In this document: one piece after another, positions 34,355 through 43,383 of the stretch
Position numbering within the stretch: position 1 is the stretch's first letter
Layout: every line of letters starts with the position of its first letter
Virus record (IMG/VR): IMGVR_UViG_3300031673_000019
Coordinates: 6,958 to 70,957 of that record
Strand: one strand, 5' to 3'
DNA from: a virus
DNA length: 64,000 bases
Made by a program: the position numbers and the translations under genes
The notes under the pieces: model-generated
Database searches by the model: none
Told to the model about the DNA's origin: nothing
Seen by the model: only the letters and a program-made list of their open reading frames with translations

Positions 34355-34684
34355 GTGGCCGAAGTTCTCAAGGTGTTGGGGCAACTTGACCCCGTGGCGA
34401 CAACGTTGACAGCGCTTTATACGGTGCCTGGAGCGACGTCCGTGACAGCCTCGACTGTCGCCATCTGCAATCGCACTAGCTCCAATAAGCGCGCGCGCGT
34501 TTCGATCGCCGTGGCAGGCGCGTCCGATTCGCTTGAGCAATACATCTACTATGACGTGCTTGTGCTCAAGAACGACACCATCTTCGCGACCATCGGTGTT
34601 ACGCTGGCGGCGACGGATGTGGTGCGTGTTTACACGGATGCCGTGGGGCTGTCTTTCAGCCTGTTCGGGGTTGAGGTGAGCTGA
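34355..34684 (+). CDS. small virion beta-sandwich protein
   Basis: KVLGQ..TLTALYTVP..ICN..VTLAATDVVRVY..SFSLFGVE pattern seen in many phage virion proteins. Confidence 0.75.
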   Translation: MAEVLKVLGQLDPVATTLTALYTVPGATSVTASTVAICNRTSSNKRARVSIAVAGASDSLEQYIYYDVLVLKNDTIFATIGVTLAATDVVRVYTDAVGLSFSLFGVEVS

Positions 34685-35835
34685 TGAGCGCTACCAAGGC
34701 TCTGCAGGGCGTGGTCCTTCTTGATGCTGATGGCAACGAGATCACGCTTGACGATGGCGCTACTATCGGCTCCGCTGAAGGGGTCATCATCGCCGGGCAG
34801 GACGGTGCTGTGGCCCGCTTTGTGCGTGTCGCTGATGATGGCACGGTCCGCATTGATCCGACAGGCACGACCACGCAGCCCGTTGGGCTCCGAGACGTTG
34901 AGCATGGACAGTCCGCTCAATTCTCGGTTTTCGGGCTTCAGAAATTCGCGCAGGAATCCCTCCTTGCCGATCTAAGGTTTGATAAACAGGCCCTGGTAGA
35001 AGACTGGGACATCACACGCGTGAACGGTGGCAACTACCAGCCCGAGATCGGCGGTGTTGGCATCAAGCTGTTCACGAAGGCGCAGATCGGTAGCAGGGTC
35101 GAGTTCGTTAGCAGGAGAAAATTTCGCTACCAGTCCGGCCGCGGAATGCTTCTGAAGATGTCAATCGTGCTCGGCGATGCAGGGGTCGCCGGGAATGTTA
35201 GACAGTGGGGCTTCAAAAACACCAACGGCGACGCGCTCTACCTTGAGATGAACGGAACGACGCTCCAGTTCGTGCACAACCGAAACGGGAGCAACGTTTC
35301 AACAACCGCTGCATCCGCATTTGATACACCCGTGACGGCCGATGCCAACGGCCACATCTGGTTTATTCAGTACCCGTGGCTCGGGGTGGCAGACATCTTC
35401 GTCCTGTACGACAACGCAGTCGTTCACCGAAGCGTGTACATCGGGACGTCGCAAGAGTTTTCGCTCGGCGATCCCGACATGCATGTGTTTCTCTCGGTGG
35501 AGAACGTTTCAAACGCAACCAGCGTTTTCATGAAGTCGGGCTGTGCGTCCGTAGTTATTGAGGGCGGCAATCTTGTTGCAGGACTTGTTAGCGGCGAAGG
35601 GGACGGCGTCGTCCGTAATATCTCCGTCAACAATGCTGGGGCAATCTCCACTGTAATCCGGGATAGTGACACCCACCAGAGCCCGGAGGTGTACCGGGAC
35701 AACCGTTCCGAACTGTCCATTCGAGACGACATTTCACACGATCTCCTGCGCAGCATCTTTCGTGAGATAAAGACTTTGCGAATTCAGATGGGGCATGCGA
35801 CAGAGGTCGATTTTGACGGCGAGGACGACCAATGA
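34684..35835 (+). CDS. virion structural/fibre protein
   Basis: 383 aa, beta-rich, coupled start. Confidence 0.7.
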   Translation: MSATKALQGVVLLDADGNEITLDDGATIGSAEGVIIAGQDGAVARFVRVADDGTVRIDPTGTTTQPVGLRDVEHGQSAQFSVFGLQKFAQESLLADLRFDKQALVEDWDITRVNGGNYQPEIGGVGIKLFTKAQIGSRVEFVSRRKFRYQSGRGMLLKMSIVLGDAGVAGNVRQWGFKNTNGDALYLEMNGTTLQFVHNRNGSNVSTTAASAFDTPVTADANGHIWFIQYPWLGVADIFVLYDNAVVHRSVYIGTSQEFSLGDPDMHVFLSVENVSNATSVFMKSGCASVVIEGGNLVAGLVSGEGDGVVRNISVNNAGAISTVIRDSDTHQSPEVYRDNRSELSIRDDISHDLLRSIFREIKTLRIQMGHATEVDFDGEDDQ

Positions 35836-36410
35836 GTGACTTCATTATTCGCAATGGGAGAGGGAGCGGCGAACGAGCCCGTGTCGACGAAGACGGCAGG
35901 CTTTGGGTTGATGCGCTGACAGCTGCCCAGGTGTCAGCGAGCACGGAAGATGGGACACAGTATGTGTTTCCTGTTGGAAGGCGTTCGGTTACCACGACGG
36001 CTACGGAACACTCGGTGCTTCGCATCAATCCGAACTCGAATACGAAAAAATTTCACCTTCAGCGCTTGTTCGTGTCGGTGCTGAATTCGACGCCGATGCT
36101 GTTCCGCCTCTATAGAGGGTCGTCAGCGCCAACCGCGAACAATGTTTCGTTCTCGCCAGGCAACGCGAACACGAACTCCGTGAATGCGGGGTCGTTTGAC
36201 GCTGATGTTTGGGACGGCGTTGGTACCGGCATGACGGTCGCGACCAAGGGGACGGAGGCATTCGCGGGCTACTTTGGGCCGGGCGCTTTTGATGTGCCCG
36301 TTGAGGGCGGGCAGATCTGGGGGCTGAACGCAGCGATTCTTGTCACTGTTGAATGCACTGTTGCCAACCTATTTACGGCGGTTGTTACAGGCTGGGAGGC
36401 GGCCGTCTAA
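35832..36410 (+). CDS. virion structural protein
   Basis: IIRNGRGSGERARVDEDGRLWV N-terminal motif. Confidence 0.7.
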   Translation: MSDFIIRNGRGSGERARVDEDGRLWVDALTAAQVSASTEDGTQYVFPVGRRSVTTTATEHSVLRINPNSNTKKFHLQRLFVSVLNSTPMLFRLYRGSSAPTANNVSFSPGNANTNSVNAGSFDADVWDGVGTGMTVATKGTEAFAGYFGPGAFDVPVEGGQIWGLNAAILVTVECTVANLFTAVVTGWEAAV

Positions 36411-36985
36411 TGGCGTTTGAAATCAGAGATGGTACTGGGTCAACCAGCACCGCCAAAGTCACTGTAAACAACCAGCTCTCTGTCGCATCCGATGCGATGC
36501 CGCGGGCAGGGCGAGCCTGTTTTGATGGGTTTCTGCATGCAATTACAACCGGGCCCTCTCTTGCGCTGACGACAACCGGCAGCTATAACGGCTTGCTATA
36601 CATTCTGAACACCTCCCCGACGCCAATTTATATCTGGGCGGTGGAGTTGTTTGCGACCGTGGCGTCGCGTTGGCAGGTCGTCAAAAATCCTACGACGGGA
36701 ACGCTGATCTCTGCGGGTACGACCGTTACAGCAACAAACATGAACTTCGCCAACACGTACAGCTTGGCTGCAACGATCAAGAAAGGGGCAGCCGATGGTC
36801 AGACGATCACAGATGGGACATCGCTGGTATACCTCGGCAGGCCGGCTTATGACTCTGCCCGCAGTCTCGATGGAAATCTGATTATCCTTGGGCAGTCTGA
36901 TTCGGTCGCCTTTTTGTGCCGCCCGTCGGCCTCGTGCGATGCGACAGTTTCTGTCAGCGTATCCCAGGAAGATCTGGATCTGTAG
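36410..36985 (+). CDS. virion structural protein, paralog of 35832
   Basis: EIRDGTGSTSTAKVTVNNQLSV N-terminal motif; TAATG coupling. Confidence 0.7.
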   Translation: MAFEIRDGTGSTSTAKVTVNNQLSVASDAMPRAGRACFDGFLHAITTGPSLALTTTGSYNGLLYILNTSPTPIYIWAVELFATVASRWQVVKNPTTGTLISAGTTVTATNMNFANTYSLAATIKKGAADGQTITDGTSLVYLGRPAYDSARSLDGNLIILGQSDSVAFLCRPSASCDATVSVSVSQEDLDL

Positions 36986-36994
36986 GAGCCGCCC

Positions 36995-37627
36995 ATGGCG
37001 ATGCCCATCTACATCCAGGACCCGGCGACGGGGCGACGTCTTCAGGTCAGCCCAGACGGAGCCCTGCGCGTTGAGATTCTTGAAGGTGCTGCCGCCGAGC
37101 TTCCTGTCGAGGTCCTGACGCGCCGCAAGGTTCTTCGCGATTTCTTGCGCGATCAGGCAAGCGCCATAGACCTTGCGGTGGACGGGTCTTCGACGCCTGT
37201 TGAGTTTCGTGAAGAAGCAGATACTGAGCGTACAAAGTGGATTACGAGTGCACGAGTCCTCTTCAACGGCGCCAACATGGAGATGAACACCAACGACTTC
37301 CGTCGGTTCGGGGCAGCGACGGCGTCGCAGACTCCACTCAACAACGGGCTGGAGTTTTTCGTTATCCAGGGCGGTGTCCAGTCCAACTTCTTCATCTCCC
37401 CCATCGTTCGTATGGGTGATTTTTTTGACTACGCAGACGGCTACCTCAATATTGTGAACGCCGTTAGCGCTCAGTCAGACTTCCTGTACTTCGATTTCCG
37501 GTTCGAGCAGCCTGTCGTTATCCCGCCGAGCACGACCGACCGCGTGGTTATGCGTGTCAGTGACAACCTGACGAGCATCGATGTTTTTCATGTGATCATC
37601 CGCGGCTACCAGGAGCTTATTGAGTAA
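36995..37627 (+). CDS. virion structural protein
   Basis: IQDPATGRRLQVSPDGALRV motif; LAVDGSSTPVEF. Confidence 0.7.
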   Translation: MAMPIYIQDPATGRRLQVSPDGALRVEILEGAAAELPVEVLTRRKVLRDFLRDQASAIDLAVDGSSTPVEFREEADTERTKWITSARVLFNGANMEMNTNDFRRFGAATASQTPLNNGLEFFVIQGGVQSNFFISPIVRMGDFFDYADGYLNIVNAVSAQSDFLYFDFRFEQPVVIPPSTTDRVVMRVSDNLTSIDVFHVIIRGYQELIE

Positions 37628-38109
37628 TGGGGCAGATCATTACACCCGCTGAGCCCCGAACCGACGAAGGTGTTCGGGTCATCGCGCCGACGTTTGAGAG
37701 CACTGGAGGTCTTCATCCACAGTGGAAAGGTTATCTGTATAACGTCACGGCAGGGATGACCAATATATTCGACGAGCTTGTGACCTTCGAAAAACAGCTC
37801 CGTGGTGGCTGGTACGAGCTGATGGACGGCAACGCGATAGTCGGGGACTATATCGAGGAAGCTGTCGTAGACAAGGACGACGTGCTCGGTTTGTTCTCGA
37901 CGTACGGGCTGACCGTCGGGGTCGACGTCTTGGAACTCAAGAAATACGTTAGGACCGAGTACGTTAACCCGGGCACAGCAGGTGAGCGACAGGTATTTCT
38001 TGCGAACTCAACCTTCGTCGTTCTTGCGGGCCTCTACATGCGCATTATTTATGAATCGACGGGCGTCGATGATCTCAAGCTGAAGGTGACAACTTTTGCC
38101 TACCAATAG
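37627..38109 (+). CDS. hypothetical structural-region protein
   Basis: 160-aa coupled ORF. Confidence 0.65.
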   Translation: MGQIITPAEPRTDEGVRVIAPTFESTGGLHPQWKGYLYNVTAGMTNIFDELVTFEKQLRGGWYELMDGNAIVGDYIEEAVVDKDDVLGLFSTYGLTVGVDVLELKKYVRTEYVNPGTAGERQVFLANSTFVVLAGLYMRIIYESTGVDDLKLKVTTFAYQ

Positions 38110-38131
38110 CGACAGGAAGAAGGATGTTCTG

Positions 38132-38224
38132 GTGAACGGCAACAAGGAGCCGCCGCTCAGAAAATTTGCCTTACCTCTTGATGTGGACTGGACGCGACTC
38201 ATTAAAGAAAAGCAGCAGCAATGA
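38132..38224 (+). CDS. 30-aa micro-ORF
   Basis: GTG start after GGAAGAAGG; stop overlaps the next ATG (ATGA). Confidence 0.35.
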   Translation: MNGNKEPPLRKFALPLDVDWTRLIKEKQQQ

Positions 38225-38418
38225 GTCCTGATGCTGTCATGGTCATGATGGTTGTGTTGGCCGTCGTGATCATCGCTGCCGACGTTGCCCTGGCGATGGA
38301 TAGGCGGCGCGGGAATACGTATTCCGAGATCTTGCGCGCAGCCGGGGCAAGGTGGAAGCCTCTAATTTTTATGATCATTTTCGGGATGGGTCTGCTCACG
38401 GGCCATTGGTGGTGGTAG
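38221..38418 (+). CDS. two-TM small membrane protein, holin-like
   Basis: Two hydrophobic segments separated by a basic loop, 65 aa. Confidence 0.55.
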   Translation: MSPDAVMVMMVVLAVVIIAADVALAMDRRRGNTYSEILRAAGARWKPLIFMIIFGMGLLTGHWWW

Positions 38419-38464
38419 TTCTGGATCGGGCTGTGGCTAAAAGTTTCGGCTAAGCTGGCATTGA

Positions 38465-40066
38465 ATGTATAGTGCCGGCAGAGTGCTTGTATCCGTAAAA
38501 ATAGCGAACACAGGCAGGCGGACGATTCAAAGGTCGGGAGGTGTCGAGCTTCCGCCTCCGTTCCATCTGCTCGTAATTTCTCCGGGGCAGTCCGCGGAGA
38601 TGGTTTGTACCAAAGGTCAGATCGAAGAGCGGTGGCCTCATGATTCTGGGTTTCGCGTAGCTGACCTACTTCAGCAGCTTGTCCAGTGCGGCATGATTAC
38701 GATTGATATCTCTCCCTACAGCGACACTATTCTGCCAGTGGGAGCGGTTGATGTTGATTTGGCTAAGACGATCGGTCAAGATGCGCCCGGCTCGCTATAT
38801 AATGAGTCGGGCGAAGGAGATGTGATGGGACCTAAGGACGACTTTCCTGATTTCTTGGATCCGCTGTACAACGCGCCTGCAGAGAAGAAATCGCCCAGCC
38901 GAAAGCCTGTGCGCAGCGAAGAGCCTGTGGAGAGGGCGCCGTCGGACCCTCTCTCGACCGGAGTCGACCTTCCCGACCCTGGGGAGCTTCCGTATGCGTC
39001 TAAGAAGAAGGACGACCAGAAGGATAAGTTCGATTCCGCGGTGAAGATGGCGTTCGTAGGAGCAGGCCAGGGCGGAGGCAGGATTGCCCAGTCGTTTTAC
39101 GACATGGGCTATCGACGCGTGTGCTGTGTGAACACGACCCAGCAGGACCTGTCGTCGCTTTCGATCGAGAACAAGCTGGTGATTGGTCACGATCGCGGCG
39201 GGGCAGGCAAGGACCCTGAGCAGGGCCGCCTTGCCGCCAAGGAGTCGTTCGAAGACATCATGGATTTGCTGATGCGATCCTGGGGTCAGGGCGTCGAGCA
39301 AATGTGGGTGTGCGTGGGCGCGGGGGGCGGCTCGGGCACAGGGAGCTGGCCCGTGCTGGTAAAGGCGATGAAGGAATTCGGCGATTCCACGAATGTGGAA
39401 AAGCCCATCGAGAAGCATCTTGGCATCATTATGACGATGCCAAAGAGGAGTGAGGGGTCGCGCGTTCAGAAGAACGCTCTCACTGCATTGCAGCAGGCCG
39501 TGGAGCTGGTTGAGGCGAAGAAGATTAGCTCGCTCGTCATTGTGGACAATGCGAAAATCCACGAGCTGTACCCTGGCCTGCCTGTGAAGAAGTTCTGGGG
39601 TGCTGCTAATCAGAACTTTGCAGCGATCCTCCACACGTTCAACCTGCTTGCAGCGCAAGACAGTCCATACAACACCTTCGACAAGGCCGATTTTCGGTCT
39701 GTGATTCGTAATGGGATCATGATCTTCGGCATGGCCCGCGTCCAAGACTGGGAGCACAAGGAAGACGTCAGTATGGCGGTGCGCCAAAACCTTGCCGGGT
39801 CGCTGCTCGCTGATGGGTTCGACTTGTCCAAGGCCAACATGGCAGGAGCAATCGTCGTGGCGCACGACGATGTGCTCGAAGAAGTCCCGATGGAGAACAT
39901 TGACTACGCCTTCAACAGCCTGGGCCGTGCGCTAGGCAATGAAGGGGTCACTCTGCATAGCGGTATTTACGAATGGAACAAGCCGGGGATGATGGTCTTT
40001 ACTATCGTGAGCGGCTTGCAGCCTCCGCAGACGCGTTTCGACGAACTTGAGCGGCTAGCAACGTAA
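38465..40066 (+). CDS. tubulin/FtsZ-family GTPase with N-terminal virion-type domain and Pro-rich linker (likely start GTG38483)
   Basis: FVGAGQGGGRIA, CVNT, GAGKDPEQG, GAGGGSGTG signature, VDN, NTFDKAD T7-like loop. Confidence 0.92.
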   Translation: MYSAGRVLVSVKIANTGRRTIQRSGGVELPPPFHLLVISPGQSAEMVCTKGQIEERWPHDSGFRVADLLQQLVQCGMITIDISPYSDTILPVGAVDVDLAKTIGQDAPGSLYNESGEGDVMGPKDDFPDFLDPLYNAPAEKKSPSRKPVRSEEPVERAPSDPLSTGVDLPDPGELPYASKKKDDQKDKFDSAVKMAFVGAGQGGGRIAQSFYDMGYRRVCCVNTTQQDLSSLSIENKLVIGHDRGGAGKDPEQGRLAAKESFEDIMDLLMRSWGQGVEQMWVCVGAGGGSGTGSWPVLVKAMKEFGDSTNVEKPIEKHLGIIMTMPKRSEGSRVQKNALTALQQAVELVEAKKISSLVIVDNAKIHELYPGLPVKKFWGAANQNFAAILHTFNLLAAQDSPYNTFDKADFRSVIRNGIMIFGMARVQDWEHKEDVSMAVRQNLAGSLLADGFDLSKANMAGAIVVAHDDVLEEVPMENIDYAFNSLGRALGNEGVTLHSGIYEWNKPGMMVFTIVSGLQPPQTRFDELERLAT

Positions 40067-40080
40067 ACGTTTGAGCGGGT

Positions 40081-40308
40081 ATGGATAGGTCTGTCATTGA
40101 GAGGCTTGTCGGCTCCGTGGACGGAGCTAACGTGAACTTCGAGACGAAGTACGAGTATCAGCCGGGTAGCGTTCGCGTATTCATCAATGGGATCGTGGCT
40201 CGCCAGAACGACGCCGACGGATGGACGGAGGTCGGCTTCAAACGTATTCGTTTGGATGAGGCACCCGGAGACGGCGAAGTAGTCTCAGCGTACTATGTAG
40301 CTGTCTAG
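40081..40308 (+). CDS. single YxNG-type domain virion protein
   Basis: GSVDGANVNF..GSVRVFING..LDEAP. Confidence 0.7.
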   Translation: MDRSVIERLVGSVDGANVNFETKYEYQPGSVRVFINGIVARQNDADGWTEVGFKRIRLDEAPGDGEVVSAYYVAV

Positions 40309-40316
40309 CCGCGCAG

Positions 40317-40346
40317 TTGCACGATACCTCCAATTCGAGGTATAGG
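40317..40346 (+). promoter_or_regulatory. putative promoter
   Basis: TTGCAC-N18-TATAGG with ATACCTC/GAGGTAT inverted repeat. Confidence 0.4.
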
Positions 40347-40358
40347 TAGATCGGAAAC

Positions 40359-40823
40359 ATGGCGAGGTTCGAGAATGCGACCGGGGTCATCGATGGGGTG
40401 AACCGTGACTTCACGGTGCTCTACCCCTATGAGCCTGGTAGCGTGGCCGTGTTCCTGAACGGTATCTTGCAGACAAGGACGTTTGCAGATGGCTGGGTCG
40501 AGACCGACCCAGCCAGTGGCCTTGTTACGCTAAACGAGGCGCCAAGGGCGCTGGGGCTGCCGGGCGTCAGTCCTGACGTGGTTCAGATCTTCTATCGCGA
40601 CAGCTCCTCCGCGACCCTCCCGTCAGGTCAGATCGTGCGCCTTACGGGCCGACTTTTGCTTGCCCGGGAGAGCGGACTTTCCGGGTCGATTTTGTCGCCC
40701 ACCTTCCGAGCGGTGGTGGGCGGAGGCGTGAGCCTGCGTGGCGTGGTTACAGGCCAGCAGGGGCTTACTGCATTGGTCAGCATGCCCTCCGGGCTACGAG
40801 GGGTCATTGCCGACTGTGGATAG
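40359..40823 (+). CDS. YxNG-type domain virion protein
   Basis: GVIDGVNRDF..GSVAVFLNG..LNEAP. Confidence 0.7.
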   Translation: MARFENATGVIDGVNRDFTVLYPYEPGSVAVFLNGILQTRTFADGWVETDPASGLVTLNEAPRALGLPGVSPDVVQIFYRDSSSATLPSGQIVRLTGRLLLARESGLSGSILSPTFRAVVGGGVSLRGVVTGQQGLTALVSMPSGLRGVIADCG

Positions 40824-40842
40824 AAAGAGGGGGCGGTAGGCT

Positions 40843-43383
40843 TTGCCAGGCTTTGGTTCAGGACCCTTTGGTAAGGGGGCCTTCGGCGAGTGGCCGTGGG
40901 CTTCTGAGTCGATCGTCGACGGCATCCCTGCGGTCTACAAGGAACAAGACGAAGGGGCTGGCAACGGTACCCTGAGTGCACTGCTTGAGGGTCTCGTCCC
41001 GTCACTTGAGTCACTGCGGCGCAAGATTCGCGACTACGATATCCTGCGAAACCCGCTGCTCGCCCCTGTCGACACGTCCTTCCAAACGACACAGTCGATT
41101 TTAAGAAGCGAGAACCTGGGCGACGGAACGTCGCGCGTCTTCTTGAGCGCAGGCTCCGACGGAGATAACCTGGACGGCCTCCGCGTAGGGATGGTGCTCA
41201 TCGATTCCCGCGGGTATCGATTCACTATTTGTTCCGTGGCAACGTCGACCTTGGCCGCCGACGTTGACGACCCGCCGGTGGATCCGGCGACGGGCGCCCT
41301 GACAGGGCGATACGTCATTGTCAATAATATCGGCCAGGTAAGCACAGAATTCATCCCGTTCGTATCGGGGACAATCGTCGAGGACGAAGATCCTCTGGCT
41401 GGTGCGTTCCCGAACAGCCCAAACGACATTGACGATGGCGCAGAGCCCCCGCCCTACATCTTCAACGTGGAAGGTTCGTACCTTAGCGGCGACGACATCG
41501 CGTTGAACCGGGTCACGGTCACGTGGGAGGAAGGTGGCGACCCAAAGACCGGGTTTTTTGTCAATACCGGTAACCCTGGCGGAGATCTGGCGGACACTAG
41601 CGAAATCAACTATGACGTAGCCTCTACGGCGACAGGGCAGATCGTTCTATATACGGCGTCAGGTGCGACGATTGATGCGGACACGATTCGCGTCTCGTAC
41701 ACGAGGTCGGGCGGGGCCCTTGTTGAGGATGCCGAGGTTCGCGCGCAGAACATTTTGGCATTCCTTGCTGCCGACCGAGCGATTTCGCTAGACCTGAATG
41801 ACCCAGAAGTCTACCAGCGCTCGTTCACAAACAGCGCTTTCAAGATATGGGAGATCAAAGGCACCGCGAACGGCTATCGCTACATGGGCGAGCTGGGCGG
41901 CTATTTTGTTGAAGCAATCCCCCTGTACGCGATCCCGTCGTCGCTAGCAGTCACGCTCGACCCTGCCACGGTCATCGCGAACCCAGAAGGCGAGTACGCC
42001 TCCGGGTCGATTGCGGCAGTGCCCGTAGCGTCGCTGGTTGACGGCGAAACGTTTACGCTAAGCGATGGAGAGAATCCTCCTGTCACGTTTGAGTTCGACA
42101 CAGCTCCCATCTCAGTGACCGCCGGGAATGTCTCTGTGGACATCAGCGCGGCAACCACAGCGTCCGATGTTGGTTCCGCGATGGCAACGGCCATCAACGG
42201 GGCGACGTTTCTGAATCTTGCCGCGGTGGGCGGTAGCACTGTCACGGTCACGAATACAGTCGAAGGCGTCGTCGGCAATGTTACGGACTGGAGCGATACG
42301 GTTTCTGACCCGAACTTTATGATCAGCCAGCCTACCGGCGGAATAGACCCGGTCTGGTTTACGATCATTGCTCCGACGCGGCTGCTGTTCGACGAGGTGA
42401 TCGCCGACATCATTCCTCTCGACACGTTGTGCTCCGAAGACACGTACCCCGGCGCGGTTCAAACGATCACCGTAACGGAGGTCGTTGCCGGCCAGGACCG
42501 AGGCAGCGAGACGGGATACACACTGACCGTGTCGACGGCGGAGATGTACTTGTCTTTCGGCACGTTTGGCGAGCTGACCGACGCGAACGCGAACCTCTTT
42601 GACGTTCTTTCGTACACGCGCCTTACGGCATCGACGTTTGAGGTGGAAGTTGCATCGTCGCAAACGCCCGTCGTGGGAGCAGGGTCGATCGACTGGAGGG
42701 TCCTGCGGTTTACCGCTCCGAATACGGTGACCATTACGGGCATCGGAACGGACGTGGAGGATCTTGGTCGCCAGACGGTGGGGTATTCGGGCCGGCGTTA
42801 CCGTGTCACAAAGACATTCACCGATCCTCCGTTGGCCAGCATCGGCAACTGGCTTTTTATCGACGCAGATGGCGTCGCGTCGTACATCGAGCGGTTTGAG
42901 AACATTCCGTTGACGTCCGACTACGAGATTGAATTCGTGTCAGAAACTGTTCCGGCGGCAGGAACGGCGAATGTCTATGCAAGCTGCTCTCTGCAACCTA
43001 GCTGTGATTTCTGTGCGGCAAGCTCTGTGATCATTCGTGTTGTAGCTACAGCGATCAACGGGTACCCGGAAGCTATTGATTCTGGGTCGTTCGATCGGAT
43101 CAGCGGCCGGGTGCTGCGCATGGTTCCAGGCCATGTAAAGCCGATCATTCTGGGTATCGTCGACCCGCCAGAGCTTCTGTCGATTACGCCTGGGGACGGG
43201 ACGAATACGCTGACATGGACAGACGTGGATGGCGCGGTGTCATACAACGTGTACTGGGATACGTCGCCAGACGTGTCTCCCTCTACTTCAAACAAGATTA
43301 CTGGGGTGGTCTCTCCTTATCTGCACGGCGGTTTAACAAATGGTGTCACGTACTACTACGTCGTCGTGGCAGTGGGGATCTGA
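40843..43383 (+). CDS. baseplate wedge P2-gpI/gp7-like with inserted domains and C-terminal FN3
   Basis: LAFLAADRAISLD..IWEIKGTANG, MVPGHVK motif; FN3 LTW..GAVSYNVYW..LTNGVTYYYVV. Confidence 0.75.
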   Translation: MPGFGSGPFGKGAFGEWPWASESIVDGIPAVYKEQDEGAGNGTLSALLEGLVPSLESLRRKIRDYDILRNPLLAPVDTSFQTTQSILRSENLGDGTSRVFLSAGSDGDNLDGLRVGMVLIDSRGYRFTICSVATSTLAADVDDPPVDPATGALTGRYVIVNNIGQVSTEFIPFVSGTIVEDEDPLAGAFPNSPNDIDDGAEPPPYIFNVEGSYLSGDDIALNRVTVTWEEGGDPKTGFFVNTGNPGGDLADTSEINYDVASTATGQIVLYTASGATIDADTIRVSYTRSGGALVEDAEVRAQNILAFLAADRAISLDLNDPEVYQRSFTNSAFKIWEIKGTANGYRYMGELGGYFVEAIPLYAIPSSLAVTLDPATVIANPEGEYASGSIAAVPVASLVDGETFTLSDGENPPVTFEFDTAPISVTAGNVSVDISAATTASDVGSAMATAINGATFLNLAAVGGSTVTVTNTVEGVVGNVTDWSDTVSDPNFMISQPTGGIDPVWFTIIAPTRLLFDEVIADIIPLDTLCSEDTYPGAVQTITVTEVVAGQDRGSETGYTLTVSTAEMYLSFGTFGELTDANANLFDVLSYTRLTASTFEVEVASSQTPVVGAGSIDWRVLRFTAPNTVTITGIGTDVEDLGRQTVGYSGRRYRVTKTFTDPPLASIGNWLFIDADGVASYIERFENIPLTSDYEIEFVSETVPAAGTANVYASCSLQPSCDFCAASSVIIRVVATAINGYPEAIDSGSFDRISGRVLRMVPGHVKPIILGIVDPPELLSITPGDGTNTLTWTDVDGAVSYNVYWDTSPDVSPSTSNKITGVVSPYLHGGLTNGVTYYYVVVAVGI

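Noticed and set aside
38465-40066. Captured bona fide host ftsZ
   Set aside because: Lacks the FtsZ C-terminal linker and conserved peptide, has divergent loops and a phage-type N-terminal domain
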